The notes under the pieces are model-generated. The model was given only the letters and a program-made list of their open reading frames with translations. It ran no database searches and had not been told where the DNA came from. Below, piece by piece: positions 9,681 through 17,084 of a DNA stretch of 49,405 bases (position 1 is the first letter of the stretch; each line of letters opens with the position of its first letter). A program made the translations under genes and the position numbers. The DNA comes from a virus. Lineage: Duplodnaviria > Caudoviricetes. The stretch lies in IMG/VR virus record IMGVR_UViG_3300020056_001855, positions 1-49,405 of that record, one strand, 5' to 3'.

Positions 9681-10009
9681 AAGAAACAGTAGCAGCTCTA
9701 AAAGGAATTCCTACACGAGAAGAATTACTGGATTTATTAAGCAAAGAAATTTGCTATGTGACATTTAATAAACTCAGTGGCGATGAACGGAAAATGCACT
9801 GTACACTTATTCCAAGTATGCTGCCTCCAGCACAAAGAGAAGATAAACTAAGTCAAACAAAAATACGTAACTTAGAAGATAAAGTATTTGTAGTTTGGGC
9901 TATTGATATTGAACCTAGTGCATGGCGTAGTTTTCGTTATGACCGTGTAACCAAAGTAGAAGTAGATAACTACTATGGTAACGGACATGAAGATGGAGCA
10001 AACTATTGA
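9662..10009 (+). CDS. WYL_2-like / SH3 beta-barrel phage protein
   Basis: VTFNKLSGDERKMHCTL...WRSFRYDRV pattern; GGGAG RBS. Confidence 0.75.
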   Translation: MSENKIEETVAALKGIPTREELLDLLSKEICYVTFNKLSGDERKMHCTLIPSMLPPAQREDKLSQTKIRNLEDKVFVVWAIDIEPSAWRSFRYDRVTKVEVDNYYGNGHEDGANY

Positions 10010-10965
10010 GAAAAGTAGCAGTGACAGGCGCCGGAGGATTTATTGGCGCTCATTTGGTTAAAAGATTAAAAGATGAAGGTTTTTGGGTACGTGGCATAGA
10101 TTTAAAATATCCTCTGTATCGTATGAGCGAGTGTGATGAGTTTATTGTACATGATATTTGTCAACCTAGACTGGATTTATTCAGAGATTGCGAAACTGTT
10201 TACCATTTAGCAGCAAACATGGGCGGAGTAGGATTTACAGTTGCAAACCGCAGTGAAATGATGCGTGACAATGCTATTATGACAGTTAACATTGTTGACG
10301 CATGTGAACACAGTGGAGTTGAAAAACTTTTTTATAGTAGTAGTGCTTGTGTTTACAATACTGACTATCAACAAGATCCTAATAATGTAATCAAGTTGAC
10401 CGAAGATATGGTATCACCTGCGAAACCAGATGAAGGTTATGGTTGGGAAAAACTTTACAGTGAATTATTATTACAAAGTTACGATAGAGATGGGCGTATT
10501 AAGGTTAGGATAGCTAGGTTCCATAACATATATGGACCCGAAGGCAGTTATAACGATGGTAGAGAAAAGGCGCCTGCTGCAATCTGTAGAAAAATATCCG
10601 AAAGCGACCAAACTACACCAATTGAGGTGTGGGGCGATGGTAGCGCAGTGCGAACTTACCTTTATGTGGAAGATTGCGTTGACGGTATTCGCAAACTAAC
10701 AGATAGTGATTATAATCAACCTTTGAACATTGGCAGCGAAGAAGAAATAGATGTAAATGCTTTTTACAATCTAGTTGCTAATATTGCAGATAAAGAGGTA
10801 GAACTAGATCATGATTTATCAGCACCAACTGGTCCATTAGGTCGTAGTTGCGATCTAACACTAACACGTGAAGTTTTGGGTTGGGAACCAAAGCACAGTC
10901 TACGTGAAGGTATGACAAAAACATTTAATTGGATCGATAGTCAAATACACAGGAGAAATTCATGA
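10006..10965 (+). CDS. NAD-dependent NDP-sugar epimerase (GDP-mannose 3',5'-epimerase-like)
   Basis: TGAGGFIG, HLAANMGG, SSSACVY, YGWEK, GREKAPAAICRK, GRSCD. Confidence 0.9.
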   Translation: MRKVAVTGAGGFIGAHLVKRLKDEGFWVRGIDLKYPLYRMSECDEFIVHDICQPRLDLFRDCETVYHLAANMGGVGFTVANRSEMMRDNAIMTVNIVDACEHSGVEKLFYSSSACVYNTDYQQDPNNVIKLTEDMVSPAKPDEGYGWEKLYSELLLQSYDRDGRIKVRIARFHNIYGPEGSYNDGREKAPAAICRKISESDQTTPIEVWGDGSAVRTYLYVEDCVDGIRKLTDSDYNQPLNIGSEEEIDVNAFYNLVANIADKEVELDHDLSAPTGPLGRSCDLTLTREVLGWEPKHSLREGMTKTFNWIDSQIHRRNS

Positions 10966-12113
10966 TTACATATACAGAGATTGAAAATTGTAGATTGTGT
11001 TGTGCTACAGAGTTCAACGAAATTATCAATATTCCAAATCTGTGTATAAATGATTTTCCTGAGAATCCTGGTGAACACAGAGGTAAAGCACCCATGACAT
11101 TGATAGAGTGCGCTGAGTGTGGCTGTGTGCAATTAAAAGAAACAGTGCAAGATGCAGTATACAGAGAATATTGGTATCAAAGTAAACTAAATCCTAAAAT
11201 TGTAAACAATTTAAAAGATATTGTTGATCGTATTGTATACAGTGCTGAATTACAATCAGGAGACAGAGTTTTAGACATTGGTGCAAATGATGGTACACTA
11301 CTAGGCTTTTATCCAACTAATGTGGTTAAAATTGGAGTAGATCCTGCTGATACAGTGCAAGAAGATTTAAAGAAAAATGCTGATTTTGCAATACATGATT
11401 TTTTTAAAGCAGACCACATAGATAACAAATGTAAAGCAATCACAAGTATAGCAATGTTTTATGACTTACCTGATCCTCACGCATTTGTAAAAGATGTAAA
11501 AAGTGTACTACACGATGATGGTGTTTGGTGTATTCAATTAATGCCACTTCGTCCTATGGTTGAAACAAACGATATAGGAAATGTGTGTCATGAACACATT
11601 GAATATTATACATATTACAATTTAAAAGAGTTGTTATCTGCACACGATTTAACCATTTTTGATGTACAGCAAAATGATATCAATGGTGGTAGTTATCAAC
11701 TGTGGGTATGTCATGACGGTAAACGTCCAGAAAGCGATTTTGAAGAACCAGAAATGGATCTTAAAGCGTGGGCGGAAAGACTGGAAAAAAATAAACGTGA
11801 TACACTCAACTTCCTTGTAGAGTGTGAAAGTATGGGAAGTAGAGTATACATTTATGGAGCAAGTACAAAAGGCAACACAATAGCACAGTGGTATGGTTTA
11901 GATACAAGTTTAATCAAAGGTGCTGCCGAAATACATCCAGATAAAGTAGGAAGGTATATGGTAGGAACTGATATTCCTATTGTACACGAAGACGAAGCAC
12001 GTAAAGATGCTGATTATTTTTTGGTTATGCCATTTGGATTTAGAGATGTATTCTTAGAAAAAGAGACTGTTCCATTGGTATTTTGTACTCCGGAGTTTGA
12101 GGTTGTACAATGA
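10962..12113 (+). CDS. NDP-sugar C-methyltransferase
   Basis: N-terminal CxxC..CxxC Zn site, LDIGANDG SAM motif, HEH, C-terminal YGASTKGNT. Confidence 0.88.
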   Translation: MITYTEIENCRLCCATEFNEIINIPNLCINDFPENPGEHRGKAPMTLIECAECGCVQLKETVQDAVYREYWYQSKLNPKIVNNLKDIVDRIVYSAELQSGDRVLDIGANDGTLLGFYPTNVVKIGVDPADTVQEDLKKNADFAIHDFFKADHIDNKCKAITSIAMFYDLPDPHAFVKDVKSVLHDDGVWCIQLMPLRPMVETNDIGNVCHEHIEYYTYYNLKELLSAHDLTIFDVQQNDINGGSYQLWVCHDGKRPESDFEEPEMDLKAWAERLEKNKRDTLNFLVECESMGSRVYIYGASTKGNTIAQWYGLDTSLIKGAAEIHPDKVGRYMVGTDIPIVHEDEARKDADYFLVMPFGFRDVFLEKETVPLVFCTPEFEVVQ

Positions 12114-12952
12114 AAACAAAATTGATAAACAATTGGGCAATTGAAATAGAAGATTTTGACATCCGTACAGCAACTAAAGATGATGCACACAAAATTGGTA
12201 ATTTAATTTTGTCTAACATGGTTGTAGTTTTACGGGGACAGGAATTAAATCCAAAAGACGAAGTAGAATTTTGTAATAAAATTGGACGATGTCAATTTAT
12301 TATTAATCCATTTCTTCCTAGAGAAGGTCAGCGTACTGAGCATATTGCTGTAGGCGAACACATTTTAAGAGTAACAGGACAAAAAAACGACAAGGGCGAA
12401 GAAGGACTTTTCGGACATACAAGTGCGTTAGACTGGCATGCTAATCAAGCTAGTAATTACAAAAGAGAACCTTTAATTTGGCTTTATGGAGTAGAAGGTA
12501 CAGCAGGTAGTAAAACCAGCTGGATTAACAACATAGAAAGTTATAATGCTTTAAGTGATGAAATGAAAGAAGAAATAAAAGATATCGAAATCACTTTAGG
12601 TTACAAAGAAAATACTTACAGTCCTAGTAAATTTTTCAAAGAGCATCATCACGAAGATGCGCCATTTAAGTTAGTGCATACCAACGATGCAGGTAAAACT
12701 GGATTATATTTTCCATTTTTACAAATTTTTGGTATGAAAGGAAAAAGTGAAAGTGAATTTAAAGACCTAATGGATAGATTGGTAGCCCATGTAACAAAAC
12801 CAGAATTTTGTTATGATCATCATTGGCAGGATGGTGATATTGTGATTAGCGAACAATGGCTTAGTATACACAAACGGTGGGCATTTGAACAAATGGAAAA
12901 ACGAGTATTACATAGAATTGCATTTAATTACAAAAAAATGCTTGACAAGTGA
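12110..12952 (+). CDS. TauD/TfdA-family dioxygenase
   Basis: VVVLRGQEL, DWHAN, HHWQDGDIVI..IHKR..RVLHRI. Confidence 0.85.
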   Translation: MKTKLINNWAIEIEDFDIRTATKDDAHKIGNLILSNMVVVLRGQELNPKDEVEFCNKIGRCQFIINPFLPREGQRTEHIAVGEHILRVTGQKNDKGEEGLFGHTSALDWHANQASNYKREPLIWLYGVEGTAGSKTSWINNIESYNALSDEMKEEIKDIEITLGYKENTYSPSKFFKEHHHEDAPFKLVHTNDAGKTGLYFPFLQIFGMKGKSESEFKDLMDRLVAHVTKPEFCYDHHWQDGDIVISEQWLSIHKRWAFEQMEKRVLHRIAFNYKKMLDK

Positions 12953-12982
12953 ATATTTTTGTGCTATGTATAAGTATAAATA
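12942..12982 (+). promoter_or_regulatory. tandem early (TTGACA) and late (TATAAATA) promoters
   Basis: TTGACA at 12942, weak -10 TATGTA at 12965 with TG; TATAAATA at 12975-12982. Confidence 0.55.
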
Positions 12983-13005
12983 AGGCAACAATAGAAAGGC
13001 ATACA

Positions 13006-13509
13006 ATGAAAAAGTTAATTGCAACCACAGCATTGGTATTAGCAGCTGGCACAGCACAGGCAAATACCCAATATGCAACAGTAAAGAGTGTACAACCTAA
13101 TTATACTACTAGTTACCAAAATGTTCCAACAACACAATGCCAAGATGTGCAAGTTCCAATTTATGGTACTGTACAAGGTGGCGGTAATGCTGTAGAAGGT
13201 GCGTTAACTGGTGCAATCATTGGTGGTATACTTGGAGAAGCAATTGGCGGCAAAAACGAGCGTAATGCTGGTGCTATTTTTGGTGCTATTGTAGGCGGTG
13301 ACAAAGCAGCAAATGGTACACGTCAAGTTATTACAGGTTACAAAACTGAACGTCAATGTTCTGAAGTAATTGTACGTGAACAAGTGCAAGTTATTAAAAA
13401 CTATCGAATTGTTTATGAGTGGAATGGCATTCGAAATAGTAGTTACACTTATAACAACTACTATGTTGGTCAACGCATTCCTGTAACAGTAACTATCAAC
13501 GCAAAGTAA
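13006..13509 (+). CDS. secreted glycine-zipper 2TM protein (YcfJ-like)
   Basis: Signal peptide MKKLIATTALVLAAGTAQA; GALTGAIIGGILG..GAIFGAIVGG; two Cys. Confidence 0.8.
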   Translation: MKKLIATTALVLAAGTAQANTQYATVKSVQPNYTTSYQNVPTTQCQDVQVPIYGTVQGGGNAVEGALTGAIIGGILGEAIGGKNERNAGAIFGAIVGGDKAANGTRQVITGYKTERQCSEVIVREQVQVIKNYRIVYEWNGIRNSSYTYNNYYVGQRIPVTVTINAK

Positions 13510-13513
13510 TAAC

Positions 13514-14104
13514 ATGGAAAAAATTATATTAACCGATTGTGACGGTGTTTTACTTAATTGGGAGTATGCATTTTGTTGTTGGATGGAACAACATGGCTAT
13601 GTTCAAGTAGTAAACGGTAATCATTATTATGATATCGGAGAACGCTTTGGTATAACCAAAAACGAAGCTAAAGATAAATGCAGAATTTTTAACGAAAGTG
13701 CTGCAATAGGATTTTTGCCTGCATTACGTGATGCAATTTATTATGTAAAACGTTTACATGAAGAACATGGTTATACTTTCCATTGTATTACAAGTTTAAG
13801 TCTTGATCCTAGTGCGTATAAGCTACGCAAAATGAATCTTGAAAAAATGTTTGGACCAACAGCATTTACTAGATTGGTTTGTTTGGACACTGGTGCTGAC
13901 AAAGACGAGTTCCTTGAAACAAACTATGGCGATACTGGCTACTTTTGGATCGAAGACAAAATGCAAAATGCAATTGCTGGACAAAATGCAGGATTAAAAC
14001 CTATACTAATCGAACATGGATTTAATATGCATGACGAAGTACCGGATGGTATGTTTAAGGCACTAAATTGGAAAGAAATATACAATCATGTCTTACAAAA
14101 CTGA
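13514..14104 (+). CDS. HAD-superfamily hydrolase (5'-nucleotidase-like, T4 gp30.2-like)
   Basis: LTDCDGVLLNW, CITS, WIED motifs. Confidence 0.8.
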   Translation: MEKIILTDCDGVLLNWEYAFCCWMEQHGYVQVVNGNHYYDIGERFGITKNEAKDKCRIFNESAAIGFLPALRDAIYYVKRLHEEHGYTFHCITSLSLDPSAYKLRKMNLEKMFGPTAFTRLVCLDTGADKDEFLETNYGDTGYFWIEDKMQNAIAGQNAGLKPILIEHGFNMHDEVPDGMFKALNWKEIYNHVLQN

Positions 14105-14306
14105 TTTCATAATTGATCTTTTAAGTCAAATACTAGATCGTTTAGAACAAATAGAAGAACATCTAGGAATTGAACCAAAAGATCCTGATCTAGACGGTGG
14201 AGTAGGTTTAGAAAAAGTTTTTAGTAAAAAGGTTGACAAGCCGTCCTTGAGTGTAGTACAATCAACGCAAGACGACAATGTAATACAGTTTAATACAGAT
14301 GAGTAA
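14088..14306 (+). CDS. hypothetical protein
   Basis: 72 aa; short coiled coil; overlaps its neighbours. Confidence 0.55.
   Translation: MSYKTDFIIDLLSQILDRLEQIEEHLGIEPKDPDLDGGVGLEKVFSKKVDKPSLSVVQSTQDDNVIQFNTDE
14233..14262 (+). promoter_or_regulatory. sigma70-like promoter inside a CDS
   Basis: TTGACA-N18-TACAAT. Confidence 0.5.
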
Positions 14307-14472
14307 CAAATACACAGTAACATACAGTTTTGGAAGTGGTTCTACTCTTTTCAACATGATGAATACACAACACATTATGGATGAACAGGACAAGTTAGAA
14401 TCACAACTGAGAACAACAGCACTAGCAAAGCGTATGCTTGAAGATATTGGAGTGAAAACAAAATGTTCGTGA
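14299..14472 (+). CDS. 57-aa hypothetical protein (not in ORF track)
   Basis: MSNKYTVTYSFGSG...RMLEDIGVKTKCS*; fills the gap and overlaps both neighbours. Confidence 0.55.
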   Translation: MSNKYTVTYSFGSGSTLFNMMNTQHIMDEQDKLESQLRTTALAKRMLEDIGVKTKCS

Positions 14473-14654
14473 CTGGCTATAGAGCAAATTGCAACTTTGA
14501 ACAGGCTCAACTAACTTTGAAAAAACATACACAATTCAGCCTAAGCGAATGTAAAACAATTGTGGATGCTATTAGAGAAGGTCAAGCTGTGAAATTACCA
14601 GATGATTTTGTTCTTCAAGAAGATTTGGAAGACTTAGGAATAAAAGTTAAATAA
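14463..14654 (+). CDS. ribosomal protein L7/L12 C-terminal-domain-like protein
   Basis: LKKHTQFSLSECKTIVD and LEDLGIKV resemble bL12 VRxxTGLGLKEAKDLVE / LEEAGAEV; GGAG RBS. Confidence 0.5.
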   Translation: MFVTGYRANCNFEQAQLTLKKHTQFSLSECKTIVDAIREGQAVKLPDDFVLQEDLEDLGIKVK

Positions 14655-14658
14655 AAAG

Positions 14659-14734
14659 TACAAGATAGCACTCGTGCCAATAGCGTTGAGGTACAGATCA
14701 CATGGTGACTATCAAGGTTGTAAGACCTACGCTG
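14659..14734 (+). ncRNA. candidate pseudoknotted small RNA in the tRNA-operon leader
   Basis: P1: 14659-14671 pairs with 14705-14713 plus 14718-14722; P2: 14681-14692 pairs with 14725-14734; preceded by TTAAATA at 14647-14653. Confidence 0.4.
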
Positions 14735-14739
14735 CCTTA

Positions 14740-14830
14740 GGAAACGTGCCAGAGCGGTCGAATGGGTCTCCCTGCTAAGGAGTTGTACCTGTAAAGGGTA
14801 CCGAGGGTTCGAATCCCTCCGTTTCCGCCA
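14740..14830 (+). tRNA. tRNA-Ser(GCT)
   Basis: GGAAACG/CGTTTCC acceptor stem, loop CTGCTAA, long variable arm, GGTTCGAATCC, encoded CCA. Confidence 0.95.
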
Positions 14831-14833
14831 TAT

Positions 14834-14909
14834 GCTGGACTAGCTCAGATGGTAGAGCAACTGATTTGTAATCAGTGGGTCGGGGGTTCGAGTCCCTCGT
14901 CCAGCACCA
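14834..14909 (+). tRNA. tRNA-Thr(TGT)
   Basis: GCTGGAC/GTCCAGC acceptor stem, ACTGA-TTTGTAA-TCAGT anticodon arm, TTCGAG, CCA. Confidence 0.96.
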
Positions 14910-14914
14910 TATAT

Positions 14915-14988
14915 GGGTGTGAAGTGTTACGGTAGCACGGCGGTCTCCAAAACCGCAAGCCGGGGTTCGACTCCCTGCACATCTGCCA
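14915..14988 (+). tRNA. tRNA-Trp(CCA), atypical
   Basis: GCGGT-CTCCAAA-ACCGC anticodon arm, GGTTCGACTCC, G73-CCA; acceptor GGGTGTG/CACATCT has two G.U pairs. Confidence 0.9.
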
Positions 14989-14990
14989 AT

Positions 14991-15067
14991 CTCGGTATAG
15001 CACAGCCTGGTAGTGCGCTTGTTTTGGGTACAAGAGGTCGTTGGTTCGAATCCAGCTACCGAGACCA
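14991..15067 (+). tRNA. tRNA-Pro(TGG)
   Basis: CTCGGTA/TACCGAG acceptor stem, CTTGT-TTTGGGT-ACAAG anticodon arm, GGTTCGAATCC, CCA. Confidence 0.96.
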
Positions 15068-15075
15068 GCCTATTT

Positions 15076-15083
15076 TATAAATA
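15076..15083 (+). promoter_or_regulatory. T4-late-like promoter TATAAATA
   Basis: Exact T4 late consensus, 5 nt before ATG 15089. Confidence 0.7.
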
Positions 15084-15088
15084 TTTTT

Positions 15089-15319
15089 ATGTACACAGTA
15101 GAGTTTGATCACGATGAAATATGCATAACTGTAATGGATGATACAGGCATGCATGGAGATTTAATTATAAACAGTTTTGACGATTTAGTTTATATTAGGC
15201 AATATGATCCAGATACAGATACAGATTTTATTATAGAAATTAATCCAGAAATGTGGGAAGAACTTATTGCTGCTATTCATAGTAAAGAAGGGTTTTTCAA
15301 AAGGGTTAAAAATGTTTAA
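15089..15319 (+). CDS. small acidic hypothetical protein
   Basis: Start moved to ATG 15089 because the track start lies inside tRNA-Pro. Confidence 0.7.
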   Translation: MYTVEFDHDEICITVMDDTGMHGDLIINSFDDLVYIRQYDPDTDTDFIIEINPEMWEELIAAIHSKEGFFKRVKNV

Positions 15320-15467
15320 AGCTACAAAAGAAATTATATGGCATTTAACGTGTCAAAAATGCAAAGGCTGGTTCACATATGCAACAATGGAAAAAATGAA
15401 AATTGATAGATTTACTTTTCATTGTCCGCATTGCGGTCATAAAGGAAACGTAGAACAAAATGACTGA
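15312..15467 (+). CDS. zinc-ribbon protein (51 aa)
   Basis: CQKC...CPHCG; ATG at 15312. Confidence 0.7.
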   Translation: MFKATKEIIWHLTCQKCKGWFTYATMEKMKIDRFTFHCPHCGHKGNVEQND

Positions 15468-15888
15468 TTATTATTATGAGTTTGATGTACCAAACTTTGT
15501 AGATAATGTAGATGTATTACAAAAAATTAGGAACAAATATAAAAATTCAATTGAAGATAATGTATACACTTCTATTGATGACGATGTTCTCTTAGTGGAT
15601 TATATACAAAGCAAAATTGGATATTGCGATATTAGCATTACAAAATTAAAAAATAGTGTGCCTTACAAAAAAGAATCAAAAACTCTAATAGTCATGCCAT
15701 TGTGGCGTGTAAAAGATGCCTTTTGTTTTTATCGTAATGAGGGAAAATTGCAAAGATTACGTTTTACTAAACCAACAGTGATTAATAAAAATTGTATGTG
15801 GGGGTGTCCTGCTAACGATAGTGATGTATGGTTATTGTGTTTACACACCGAAAACAGTTTTGAACATATTAAAAACGTGCTTCAATAA
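15460..15888 (+). CDS. degenerate paralog of the 2OG-oxygenase-like genes
   Basis: Aligns by eye to 56..604 and 591..1079 but lacks the HxD, His and Arg ligands. Confidence 0.5.
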   Translation: MTDYYYEFDVPNFVDNVDVLQKIRNKYKNSIEDNVYTSIDDDVLLVDYIQSKIGYCDISITKLKNSVPYKKESKTLIVMPLWRVKDAFCFYRNEGKLQRLRFTKPTVINKNCMWGCPANDSDVWLLCLHTENSFEHIKNVLQ

Positions 15889-15891
15889 ATA
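15885..15891 (+). promoter_or_regulatory. T4-late-like promoter core ATAAATA
   Basis: 5 nt before ATG 15897; heads the radical-SAM array. Confidence 0.6.
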
Positions 15892-15896
15892 TTCCA

Positions 15897-17084
15897 ATGC
15901 ACGATATTTTCTTTGTATTACCACATACATCAGATAATCCACATACAAGCATTTTTACAAAAAACAAAGGTGCAAAACCTACAACTCACTTTGAATTATA
16001 TTTTACTCATTTTGATGAGTGGAACCCAAAAAATTTTGTAAATGTAGATTATCTTCCATATATTCCTACTGATGTGTTAAAATGCATCAGTGTGTTTATA
16101 TATCTACCACAAAGTGCTGATTTTGAAATATCTGAGGAATTGCGGAATTTAATTAATAATGATAGTTCAACATATCTTTGTTTGTTTAGTATGCACGAAG
16201 CACAGCTCAATCCTGGTTTGTTAGAAAGTGCATTGAGAGGACAACGTATTAATCCTGATAAAGCTGTACTTATAAGCAGCAATTTAGAAACCCATATGAC
16301 AACACAAAATAAAGTAAGACATGTGTTTGCCAATTATTGGGAAAGTTATACAAGAAGATGCTGGCGCTTACTAAATGGCACTAGCAGGATAAGTCCAAAA
16401 GAAAGATTGGACAGTTTACCTAATGCAAGTAAAAAATACATAAGTTTAAACCGTAATTTAAAACCGCATAGAATATGGTGGTACTATGCTTTGTGTAAAA
16501 GTAATATATTGGATCAAGGACATGTGAGCTACTTACTTCCTAATATAGATCCACAAAACTACGATGGTCTTTTACGCCGTACTAGTTTTAGTGACAAAAT
16601 TCCTGATTCGATCAGGAGAGATTTTTATGAAGACTTTAAACAAAATTGTCATTATCGAGAACTTGACCAAATAGATGACAATTGGCTTGTAAATTTTCAA
16701 CCTACAATAAAAGACTATTATCACGATAGTTTATTCAGTTTGATCACAGAAAGCGATCAACGCAAGGATCTTCTAAGCGAAAAGACATGGAAGGCTATAT
16801 ATCATATGCATCCATTTTTTATTATAGGAAATCCTGCACAAGCTGAAACACTAAGAAAACGTGGATACTATACATTTGAAGATATGTTTGGAGTAGAAGC
16901 AGTAGACAATTATGAACAAGCAATTGAATTATGTAGTAAAGTAAAAATGAAAAAAATAAACATGTGGAGAGCACAAGTACAAAATGTTTTTCCCAAGTTA
17001 GAACACAACCTAATGAATTTTATACACAGAACTATAAGTTGGCGTGATATAGAGAAAGATATTATAAAGGTGTTACATGGATAA
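15897..17084 (+). CDS. putative GT-B glycosyltransferase-like protein
   Basis: ISLNR..KPHR, FSLITES..LSEKTWK..HPF..G..GYYTF, similar to the GT10-type nucleotide-sugar-binding EK motif. Confidence 0.55.
   Translation: MHDIFFVLPHTSDNPHTSIFTKNKGAKPTTHFELYFTHFDEWNPKNFVNVDYLPYIPTDVLKCISVFIYLPQSADFEISEELRNLINNDSSTYLCLFSMHEAQLNPGLLESALRGQRINPDKAVLISSNLETHMTTQNKVRHVFANYWESYTRRCWRLLNGTSRISPKERLDSLPNASKKYISLNRNLKPHRIWWYYALCKSNILDQGHVSYLLPNIDPQNYDGLLRRTSFSDKIPDSIRRDFYEDFKQNCHYRELDQIDDNWLVNFQPTIKDYYHDSLFSLITESDQRKDLLSEKTWKAIYHMHPFFIIGNPAQAETLRKRGYYTFEDMFGVEAVDNYEQAIELCSKVKMKKINMWRAQVQNVFPKLEHNLMNFIHRTISWRDIEKDIIKVLHG

Noticed and set aside
9580-9768. 62-aa track ORF after clpP
   Set aside because: It has a TTG start without an RBS and overlaps 9662..10009 heavily. 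The coupled 9555..9680 ORF explains the gap better.
14647-14722. Pistol-ribozyme resemblance (TTAAATA...TAGCGTTGA...TCAAGGTTG)
   Set aside because: No upstream P1 hairpin with a loop complementary to the pseudoknot strand was found. It is kept only as an unclassified structured RNA.
15041-15088. N-terminal extension of ORF 15041..15319
   Set aside because: It lies within tRNA-Pro and the late promoter; the likely start is ATG 15089.
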